Of a stretch of DNA of 64,000 bases, positions 37,237 to 46,992 are shown piece by piece. The notes under the pieces were generated by a model. It had not been told where the DNA came from. It saw only the letters and a program-made list of their open reading frames with translations, and made no database searches. The translations under genes and the position numbers were made by a program. The DNA lies in assembly GCA_025594325.1 (NCBI GenBank), contig JANHCV010000014.1, forward strand, positions 1,178,001 through 1,242,000. The letters run 5' to 3'. The stretch is from Blastocladiella emersonii ATCC 22665 (lineage: Eukaryota; Fungi; Blastocladiomycota). How positions within the stretch are numbered: position 1 is the stretch's first letter; each line of letters opens with the position of its first letter.

Positions 37237-39013
37237 CGCCTGCCCAACACGGCCTTTTTTTTGGAACCTTTGATTTATTCCTTAACAGCGGTTGTAACCT
37301 GCAAGCAGAGTATCCACTGTACGACAGGCGCCGGCCTTTTCTGGCCGAGCTGCAATTCAGCAAGGCCTGGACCACGCACGTCGAGGAGCAAAGGGGAAGC
37401 AGTGAGGGAAGGAGAGAAGATAGGACAAACGGACGGAGCAAATCAGACCAGTAGCGTCAAACGAGCAGTAGCGAGAGAGAGAGAGCGAATGAACAATAAT
37501 CGAGACCGAGCAGGGCGACATGCTGGGCTGGCCAGCGAGAGAGCGAGGGCACGCCAGAAAGCCAGTAGCAGTACTGTGGCTTTGGCCGTGGCCCGAGAGG
37601 AATGTCAGTTTTTCTTTTTCTTCTTCTGTTTTGTCTTTTCTTCTTCAGTTTTGTCTTTTCTTTTCTTTTCTTTTGTGTCAATCAATGCACCGATGGGCAT
37701 GATTCAGCGACGACCACGCGGTTCCTTTGGACTTGTCACTTCAGGATGTGCCTTGGGGAGCCGAGCAGCCAAAGACGGACGGAGGGATCTGCAGCAAGAG
37801 CCGCCTGGGCCGCAGTGGTGGGCGGGCACACGGGCGGGTCTTCTTCACGCCCAGAGGGGTTGGGGGCGTGGGAGTGCATCGAGTGCAAGCACCGCGTGCA
37901 GTAGTGGTGTTTGTTGATGAACTTGAGGGTGGCCCTGTGTTGACCAAATGGACGTCGGACGCGTGCGCTCGCCTCGCGGGGCGGAGCGTCGGAAAAGTTG
38001 AGCGGGTCGACCTCGGCGCACCCAGCGGCGTGAGGGAGCCAGCCGAGTCGCCAGAGGGAGCGCGAGGCCACGGAGGTGATGGCCGCGAGGACGGGCCGGG
38101 TGAGGGCGCGGTCGAGTTGGAGGGCCCGCGAGCCGAACGATACGTCGCGGACGCGTAGAACGCAGCCGGCGAGGCGGGAGAGGGCGTCGGGGTCGCGCCA
38201 GATGGAGGCTGCGAGTCGAGTGCCAAAGTTGTGGAGGGCGTCAGTTGCGCCAGCAATGGACTCGCCGACCATGGTGTAGCCGGGCGTGCTGAGGTCCTCG
38301 CCTTGGATAGGAGAGAGAGGCGGTGGTGGTGCAGATGGGGGTGTAGGTGGAGTGGGCGCATTTGGTGCTCGTGCAGTGGAGGCGGCGGCGGCAGTAGCGG
38401 CGGCGGCGGCAGTAGCGGCGGCGGCGGTGGCAACAGAGGCAGCGGCGCGGCGAGCATAGCGCTCAATGGACTTTTGGGCAGAGCCCAGCGCGGCGCACAC
38501 GGCCGCGGCGTTACGGGTGCAGATCATCCAGTGGCTTCCGTCGTCAATGGCTACTTGGCACCTAGGACACACCGGTGAAGTGACTACAGTAGGATGGCGG
38601 GCGTGCAGAAGTGAGCGAGTGGGTGTGATCCCAAGGAGGTGGCGAACGCGATAGACGATGTCGCGGTTCGCAGCGCTGGAGGTGCGCTTATCGAGCGGGC
38701 GGGAGCCGGAGCCAATGGCCAGTGAGGTCGCAAGCATGTCAGGGTGCTCATCGGGGTCAGGGGAGGTGTGGAGGGAGGAGAGGAGGGCGGACTTGGAGCG
38801 CAGGGTCGCATCGCAGCGTGCAGTGGACAGGATCTTGAGGAATGCAGTGGAGGATGTGGGAACGGGGACGTCATCAAAATACAGCGCATGCTGAACATCT
38901 AACCGGATCTGTTTGGCGAAGGGGGGAGCGAGGACGAGCTCTTGGGCCAGATTGACCCCGTCAGCGGCGAGCCCGTCAGCGATCTCGTTCCCCTCAACGC
39001 CTGCCCAACACGG
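37237..39013. other. 16-bp target-site duplication CGCCTGCCCAACACGG (37237-37252 and 38998-39013)
   Basis: Exact direct repeat flanking the minus-strand LINE fragment. Confidence 0.95.
37253..38997 (-). mobile_element. 5'-truncated non-LTR retrotransposon (family A): RNase H tail + CCHC zinc finger, 3' UTR and poly(A)
   Basis: Open frame 38995->37736 begins EGNEIADGLA (RNase H C-terminal motif) and contains TPTRSLLH...CPRC...H..C. AATAAA at 37279-37274 (minus), A8 tail at 37262-37255, 16-bp TSD. Confidence 0.92.
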
Positions 39014-40362
39014 TCAAGGTGGCGTCTCTAACGCTGTACTGGCTCGCGCCGACTGGGTCGCCGCAACTGCCGTCACCGGGCAGAGCCGCCTGCTGGCCGG
39101 CGTCTCTCGAGTCGCTGACGCTGGGCGACTGCGAACTCGGCATTACCAGCTCGCTGATCCGGCACCTGATCCCGAGCAACGGCCACGGCGGTGTCGGCAA
39201 CACCGCTCCACTCGCGACCCTCACCACTTTGCGCCTCTTCGACTGCGACATCCTCGGGTGCTCGGCCGCGCGCACGCTCGCCGAGTTGCTCCCGCCTAAC
39301 CTCAAGGACCTGACCCTCAGCAACGCGGGGCTGCACGGCGACTCGCTGGCCGCGCTCCTGGCCGCGATCCCCTCGTCGGTCACGCTGTGGTCGCTAGACC
39401 TGAGCCGCAACGACCTGCGGTGCCTCGAGCGGGTCCTCCTGAACCTGCCTGGCCAAGCCCCGTGCTTCGTTATCGCAGGCCCCACCGAGGATGGGGACGC
39501 GGCAGACGTGGTGGCGTCGGCGCACCTGGTCGACGGCGACGCGTGGCCGCTGCCGCGGACGCTCCGGAACCTCGACCTGACCGGGTGCACCCTCGGTCCC
39601 CGCGCGACACGCGGGCTCGCAGCTGGCCTGCCGCCGCACCTGCGCGAACTTGTCATGAAGAACTGCCTCATAACGGAGCAGGCTCACGTGGTGACGGCGC
39701 CCGTCACCGAGGCGCAGTCGGCCCTCTTCCTTGCGCTACCGCCCACCCTGCTCGTGCTCGACCTCAGCGGCGAGACGTGGACCGCGTCGGCCATGACCGC
39801 GCTGATGGCGTCGCTTCAGCACTATCATCACCACCACCACCAGCAGCTCAAGGTGCTCCGGCTCGCGGGGTCCTCGCTGCCGCCCGGGGCGACCGCGGTC
39901 GTGGTCGCGCACCTCCCGCCTGCCCTGCGCATGCTCGATCTGCAGGGCTTCGTGTTCACCGCGCAGCATGCCCAAGTGCTGGCCGCCTGGCGCGTGGTTC
40001 GCGGTGCTGCTGCTGCTTTGAACTTGCAGCTGGACGTAAGCCAGCGGACCGCGCCCGTCTCGGCTGCCCTCGCAGCGGCGCACCCACCGGTTGTCATTGG
40101 CTAGACTCTCCTCATTGTTGTATATTGAGTTTGTTGCACCGCTCCCTTCCTTCCCCCTTCCTTCATAGCTCATAACCATACCATTGCATATCGCTGCCTC
40201 GAGCTCTGGTCCTTCAACCCACAAAGTCGCTGTCGTATCGTGTCGGCGTGGCACAGCGAGCACTTCAAGCCAGAGACGGCGTTCTGATGCCGACCCTCAT
40301 CCCACGCGAATCTGAAACGCGACGCGGCGCCACGGGTGGCGCAGTTGGCCGCGTCTCGCTCA

Positions 40363-43300
40363 CCTCCGGAAACGACTTCTACTCGTTCTACTCGAACGAC
40401 GTAGCCGTCTCGCGCATTGACGGGGTCTGGGCCTCGAGCGCTTTCATCCCGCGGTGCTTGTCCGCGACAATTGCACATGACCTCCGTGTCCTGCTGGACC
40501 ATGCGCCGGTTTTTGCCACCTTTGATTTCGAGGACCACCTGGACCGCACCATCACCGCCAGGGAGGCGCAGGCCATGAGCGAGATGGGCCGCAGGTTGGC
40601 GGACTGGACCAAGATTACCGAGCGGGAGCTGGCAGCTTTTGCCCTGCTGCTTTCCTCGCTGATCCTCAAGTGCCCGAGCCTCAGGGCGTCCCGCGTCTTT
40701 GCCTCGGCTGGCGACGTGCACGATGCTGCCCGCGCTTGGGTTGCCCGCATCGTGAAAGCGATGCAGCAGTCCCTCCCGCTCCGTCACGTTGGGCAGAAGC
40801 GCAAGTCCCGGCCTGCGGACCCAACCGACCCGACCTTAGCCGTGATCGGTTTACTGCGCCACGCCCAGGTCGCGATCAAGCGGGGCTCCTACGCTTCGCC
40901 CATGGACGCGCTCCTGGCTATCCGCCCTGCCTACAACGCCGAGATTTCGCCAGAGCCCTTCCCGGACTCGGCCGCGACCATGGACGAGGTGAGCGCGGCG
41001 ATCCACGGGCTTCTGTCGGACCACATCGGTGCTTTGCAGGCGCGGCGCGCGGCTGACGTTCGCACTCGGATTTCCGCTGCTGTTGAGAGCCGGGCCGGCT
41101 GGCTTGACTCGGCGCCCGGCGCCCTCCTTCGTTCTGCTCTTGGCGTTGAGCGCTCGCGCGCTGAGATCAACATCGCCGCCCTGCCGCAGGGCGAGGACGA
41201 CGCCACGGGCGCGCAGGCCCAATCACACACGCGCGATCCCGACCTGGTCAAGTCGGCGCTCGCTGGCCAGCTGCAGTCCATGTTTGCAGAAGGCGCTGAT
41301 CCGCTTCCGCTTAACTCGGCACGTCCGGGTTGGGCCAACATTTTCGCTCCGCTCTCGCACGTCCCCGACGACGCGTACGAGGGCCTCATGGACCCGCCTT
41401 CCATGGAGGAATTGCTCGACGCGCTCTCAGCTTCCGGCGGGACCAAGGCCCCCGGCCCGTCCAGGATCCAGACAAAGCTGATCCTCGAGTCGGGCGACGA
41501 GTCGCTCGAAGCCCTTCACCGCATCGTCTGCGGGTGCTTCACCTTCCGCACCATGCCACCGGCGTTCAAGGAGTCCCTCGTGGTCATGATCCCAAAAACC
41601 AGCGACCCCTTCTCTGGCGACTTGAGCCAGCTCCGGCCTATCACGCTGCTTGAGGTGATGCAGAAGGCGATTGTCCGAATCTTCACGAGGCGTCTCACGG
41701 CCACTTTCCTGAAGCACAAAGTCCTTCGCGGCGCGTGTGACAGCGTACTTCCTGGAACGAGCTCAGACGGAATCGTCAGCGCTGTGAGCGCCATTGTCAC
41801 GTGGGCTAACGCGGAGCCTGGACGCGAAGCTTTCATGTACTTCGAAGACAAGAGCAAGGCTTACGACTCCATCGGTTTCGAGGTGGTACGGCGTGCCTTG
41901 CGCCGGCTCAAAGTCCCCGAGCCCTTCGTCGAGTTCTACGTGACCCACGTCCTCAGCTCTCGCTCAGTCTCGCTCTTGACAGATTTTGGTCCGACAAACG
42001 CGGTGCCCATTGGCCGCGGCCTGCCTCAGGGCGGCGTCGAGTGCCCGCTCTTGTGGGACGTAGTGTACGACCCGCTTCTCTGCGCGCTCAAGGAGTGGAC
42101 GGCGGGAGTTGAGATTTCTGTCGACCCGCCCGCAGTGCACCCGCGCTCAGGCCACGCCGTCGCCACGCCGCCGCCGCCGCCGGTGACCATGCGTGCCCAC
42201 GCCTTTGCTTTTGTCGACGACCTCACTGTGGTCGCGAGCTCGCTCGAGGAGCTTGGCCACGGAGCCGCGATTGTCTCCGAGTTCAACGCTCTCAACGGCC
42301 TCCGCGCAAACCCAAGCAAGGGCATGGTCCTGCGCGCGGGACAGTCGGCCAGCGACGCCAAGGTGTTCAAGGTGGGCGACGAGGAGGTCCGCATCCTTGG
42401 GCCAAAGGAGCCAGCCCGCCTTCTCGGCGTGTGGTTCAGCGGGAACGGCAGCAACGCGGCCACATTTGAGGTGATCCAGCGCGAGAGCCAGGCTGTGCTC
42501 GACGCCATGGAGTTTCGGCGCCTCACGGCGCGATCAGTGGTGTACGCCCTGAACGCAGTCGGCATCCCGCGCGCGCTGTACCGGGCAAAGGCCGCGATCC
42601 CGCTCATTACCCAGCTTGAAGGGCTGGATGCCAAGTTCCGCGGCCTCGTCCGCCGAAAACTCCGTGTCGCTTCCAGCTCGCCCTCGGCGCCGCTTCACTC
42701 GACGGTTGCCCTTGGCCTTCGCTCAATTGTGGACTGCCTGGTAGAGCAGCAGGTGACCGAGATCACGATTGGGCTCTCGACAGACGGTCTCCTTGGCGAC
42801 GCAAGCCGGGTGCTCCTGGCGCTGCTGCAGCGGCATCTTTGGATCCCGGTCTCTCCGCTCGAGGTGCCAACTGGCGAGCGCGTCTTCCCGTCGCAGCACC
42901 CATGGGGCCAGCTCACGTCTCTCATGCACGACCGTGGCCTCTCGATTCGGGACGAGCACGGCTTGTTCCGCTCGAACCAGGGCAGCTTGCCGCTGGTCGA
43001 GGTGCTCCCGTGGTCTCTGCTGGGTCCGCTCCGCAAGTCGCTCAAGCACTACGGGATCCTCTTCGCTTCGCAGCTGGTGGGCCCAGGTGGCGACGTCCTA
43101 GCCAACCTTGCTTTCTCGCGCGCTCACGGCCTGGCAACCGCAAGAACGAAGTGGTTCCCACTCGTGAACACGGCGCTGACCGCGACCCTCAACGCGTCGC
43201 CAGCCCTGCGCTTGGAGGCCAGCAGGAAGTCCATCGCGTGGAGTCTGCCCGGCGACAACGGCGCAGCCCTCGGGCTGCTGGATCGGGCTGCGGTGACGGG

Positions 43301-45668
43301 TGGAGGCCTTTTTGACTTCGCTTCCGCGAGCGGGGTGCCCTTCCATGGCCGCGTCGTCATGGCGCCCAACATAGTTTCCTCGGCCGCTGTGCTCCTGGTC
43401 AACCACGTTCTCACCGGCGACGATGGCGCCGTTGCGGCCTGCAGTGGGTGCGACTTTGTAACCCCGATCCCCGCTCGCTCGCCTTCCGGCAAGGAGTACA
43501 GCGGGGTCCCGCGCTTCATGCGGGGCCGGGGAAGGTGCTGGCACTACGCCAAGCTGGCGCCTGCTGCGGGTGCGCACCCAGTGGACGCCCGCGCCGACCT
43601 GGCCGCGCTTCGGCTGATCGACCTCTCGACGCTCTCTGATCCAGTGGAATTCGCGCGCCTCGCGCTTTCGCTTGAGCTTCCCGAGGACTTTGTGGGCGTC
43701 GGCTCGGGCGAGATATTCTCAGATGGCTCGCTCAAGGGCGCGGGCACCGAGGCCGTGGCTGCTGGTGCAGGCGTCTGCACGGTCGACCGCGAGGAGGACT
43801 TTGAGAGGAGCTTCGCAGTCCCTGCCAGCAACCACTCAAGTTTCCGGTCCGAGCTCTGGGGCGTCATCGCGGCTGCCTCGGTGGCCAGACGCGGGGCCTC
43901 GCTCACCATCACTTTGGACAACAAGGGTGTGGTCGACACTGCGGTCAAGATGCTTGCGCCCAGCGCGCGCGTCAAGATCCGCGCAACGTGCTCGCTGGAA
44001 TGGGCCGTGCTCCGTTGGATCGTGGAGGCGCGCAACCTCAAGATAGCTTTACAGTGGACGCGCGGGCACGTCGGCACCAAGGGCAACGAGGTGGCGGCCG
44101 GCCTGGCCAACGCAGGAACGCAGCCCGGCGTTGCCCCCCTCGCCATCAATCCAGCAATCCGCCGGCTCTTTGATGCGCCCTTCACGGTGATGTGGCGCGG
44201 CCAGGCCATCAACACGGACCCGCGGCGCTTTGCGCGCGGCCTCAACAACGCGCGGCACAGCGCCGTGCTGACAACCGTGACCGCGGCCAGCGTCACGCGC
44301 GCTCCCGTCGACATCCCCGCGACCGCGATCGCGCTGCGCGGCGGGCCCCGTCGCGTCCGCGGCAGCGAGTCCTTTTCGGCCAATGCTACCCTGAGCTTCC
44401 AGCTCAAGGCCCTCGCCGGCCAGCTGCCCACCCGCCATCGCTTGCACTCATGGTGGCCGCACCGCTACCCGTCCGAGGACTGCGTGGAGTGCTCGGCCCT
44501 CGGCCACTCCATCCCTGACACGCAGGCGCATTTCTTCGCGTGCCCAGCCTCGCTGGCCCGTGTGCCCGAGGCTGCGGAGGCGGCCTTCCCTTATGTCGCC
44601 GGCACTCTCAAAACAATCGACGACGACACGCACGCTGACCCCACGCTGCGCAGGGCCGCGCGCGAGATGGTCATGGAGCTTCTGCGCGACGGCCGCATCG
44701 AGCGCACCGCAGCAGGCCTGGTGGACTCGTCGCTCGTCGGCTGGTTCCGCAGATGCTACGGTCACATGCGGGGCTTCCCGTCCGCCCGGCTAGCACTCTC
44801 CGCTGCTGCGGCTGCCTGCTCGACCGCGATCCGCAAGGAAGTGTGGCTGCCCCGGTGCCAGGCGGTGGCCGAGGCCTCGCCAGTCGTGCACGGCCCGGCG
44901 TTGCCGCCGCCCGCCCGGCCTGATCCGTCGCCGCCGCGGCGGGCGCCCCTCACCCGCGCGAAGCGCGCGGCCGATGGCTACGCGCCGTGCTGCCTCGCCC
45001 CGCTCGCTGACCCTGACGATGGCTGCTGCGCCGCGGGAAACCCGCGGCGAAAGGCAGTGGCCCTCGCTGACGCAGCGGTGGCCCGCCGACACAACGGCGG
45101 AACCCTCGCTGCGCACCCGGCCCTCCGACCAGTATTCGGGATCCCCGTCAACGACGACGGCTCCCCGCCAACCGTCGGGCCGGCCCTGACCCTTTTTGAC
45201 CCCCTGCATGGCTCGTGGATCGACGCCCGCGTCGCCCCGCGACTCGGCGACTGGCAAGTCGCTGAGGACCCTGGCTTCCCGCCAGGGCCGCCGTAGCGCA
45301 TCCCTGCACCACCGGGCGCGTCTGGACTAGGCCTAGTCTAGCTCGCGCCTGGAGGGTGTGCGGCGACATGCGCTGAGCTGCGGAGCACGCTCACACGCTC
45401 CGCTACCGCCAGGTGGGTCGAGATTTGGGGCAGCCGGGTTGGAGGGTTCTCGGCCTCGGGCCGGTCTCCCTGCCAGCCTCCCTGCCTCCGCGCGCGCCCA
45501 GCCCCATAGGTTTTTCTCCTGTTGTGCTGCCGTTCGTGAGCTCTGTTTGGTGACTGTGTGGTGACGATGAGTTGTTTTTGTCTTTCCTTTGCATTTTTCC
45601 TCCTCTAGCACGTGAATACACCTGGGCGAATTTTCAAAAAAAAAAAAAAAACCTCCGGAAACGACTTC
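40363..45668. other. 17-bp (18 with the flanking A) target-site duplication CCTCCGGAAACGACTTC (40363-40379 and 45652-45668)
   Basis: Exact direct repeat; the second copy immediately follows the poly(A). Confidence 0.95.
40380..45651 (+). mobile_element. 5'-truncated LINE (family B): end of APE, RT, RNase H, CCHC zinc finger, 3' UTR and A16 tail
   Basis: Uninterrupted ORF to 45296. SRIDGVW...DHAPV (APE C-terminus only), LRPITLLE, EDKSKAYDSI, GLPQGGVECPLL, AFVDDL (RT), FSDGS/SELW/LDNK/GHVG.KGNE (RNase H), LPTRHRL...CVEC...H..C. Poly(A) at 45636-45651 and a TSD. Confidence 0.96.
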
Positions 45669-45896
45669 GCAATCCGGAACTTGCTCATCCATCGTATCCG
45701 ATTCCAACGTCATGTTCGCACCGTATACCATTCTTCGTCGCGACAAAGGCACGGAGGACGACCAAGACTTGAGAATTGACTCGCTGAACAGGCGTGAGCT
45801 AGACTAGGATTAGTCCAAACGCGCCCGGTGGTGCAGGGATGCGCTACGGCGGCCCCAGCGGGAAGCCAGGGTCCTCAGCGACTTGCACCTCGCCGA
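45244..45896. repeat. 108-bp inverted repeat pair (45244-45351 and 45789-45896), about 92% identical, each arm able to form multiple hairpins
   Basis: Manual alignment: 9 substitutions and no indels in 108 bp; flanks do not align. Confidence 0.92.
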
Positions 45897-46349
45897 CCCT
45901 CTTTCTCACCCAAAGTAGGGCCCTTGTGCAGCTCGTTGTACGATAGAGCCTTACCAGCTTCGTATCGACGATCAAGTTGTCCCAACCATCAACATCCGCG
46001 AGGCCTTTAGCGCAGGCCTTCAAGTCAAGCAAATTCCGAATCAGGTGGGCCAGCTGAGGACGGCGTCGGGTCATCCCGCGTTGGAGCAGGCGTGTGATTC
46101 CCGACAATTGGTGTTCGTCTGTCAGCGCGCGTCTAGCCTGGCGGAGCCTCTTCTATGCGGGCCGAGGCGCGCGCGATCGCGGTCGCGGTCGCCGCGGCAC
46201 CACCGCGCTCGCGGACCCACATCTACTCTGGCTCTCAGGCTGTCATTGCATCCGAGTCGGCCATCCGCGACCTATCGTTTCATTCCTCCTCTTCGTCTGA
46301 TTCTGGCTTTCCTTCTTCTCTCAGTTCTACCAACGCATGGTCGCTTGCA
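45669..46349 (-). mobile_element. Probable decayed 3' portion of an older related non-LTR element (minus strand), whose 3' UTR was the insertion target of family B
   Basis: ORF 45844-46107 ends RVGEVQVAEDPGFPLGPP*, versus RLGDWQVAEDPGFPPGPP* in family B, and shares the 108-bp block. The upstream frame has a stop. No tail or TSD identified. Confidence 0.45.
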
Positions 46350-46732
46350 GTGTGTGACGCCGGCGTGGCCGTTTGCGCCGTGTGCGCAGCGCGTGGTGCG
46401 TCGGGCGCTGTGCGGTGTGCGCGGTGCGCGGTGCGCGGTGTGCATCCGTCAGCGGGTGAGTGGTTTCACGCCGAGGGAGAGCGGAGCTGCTCGTAACCCT
46501 CCCTGGCCCATCATCACGCAGGACTTGGAGCTGACAGCAGAGCCGGCAGCAAGGAGGAGACCAGCCGTATATTGCCTGACGAACACCTCTCAGACCACCT
46601 ACGAGATAGATAAGAGCAACTGACTGGGAGCTGGCAGGCTGGCAGTCTGCCAGGCTGCCAGGGCTCATCATTCATTCCTTTGTTTGCAGGGACGGCAACC
46701 AGAGTGTGCGGGCCCACCATGGCTTGAGATGC

Positions 46733-46835
46733 GGCGTGGGTGGTTGGTTGGCTGGTTGGCTGGTTGGCTGGTTGGCTGGTTGGCTGGTTGGCTGGCAGGT
46801 TGGCTGGTTGGCTGGCAGGTTGGCAGGTCTGGCAG
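46733..46835 (+). repeat. (GGTTGGCT)n / GGCAGGTT G-rich 8-mer microsatellite in each array unit (first copy given)
   Basis: Direct reading; two 8-mers are missing in the second unit. Confidence 0.9.
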
Positions 46836-46992
46836 GTTGTCTTTTGGCTCGTTGATTGGACCGTTCGCTTTGCCGACGGGTTCAATAATTGGAGGAGGAT
46901 CGAAGAGTTGGATAGTGGAGTGTGCGCAAAGTGGTAGATTTGGACATCTGCCGGTCTGGGTGCTTGCCCACCTGGACGTGAGGGTATTCGAA

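Larger units (their letters stand above)
36469..40104 (+). pseudogene. F-box-like/ankyrin-like + RNI-type LRR gene, interrupted by a LINE insertion (37253-38997)
   Basis: The 5' part (VPFSIIEQILV, LDAAAKVGNVAAL; in-frame intron 36934-37005) ends ...LRLPNT. The 3' part resumes RLPNTVKVASLTL in the same frame after the TSD and has LRRs (LKDLTLSNAGL, LWSLDLSRNDL, LRNLDLTGCTL, LRELVMKNCLI, LLVLDLSG). Stop at 40104. Confidence 0.85.

Noticed and set aside
40248-40286. ORF-track start at 40248 as the LINE's own start codon
   Set aside because: It is a GTG in the target-site flank, upstream of the TSD, and so is not part of the element.
45244-45300. Hammerhead ribozyme (CUGAGGA followed by a stem) in the 108-bp block
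   Set aside because: CUGANGA and a stem II are present, but there is no GAAA after the stem and no NUH correctly placed before stem I.
40170-45752. Reconstituted ~97-aa minus-strand ORF across the empty LINE site (…VVSGGERD…KCSLCH…)
   Set aside because: Non-ATG start, short, and no family resemblance; probably chance.
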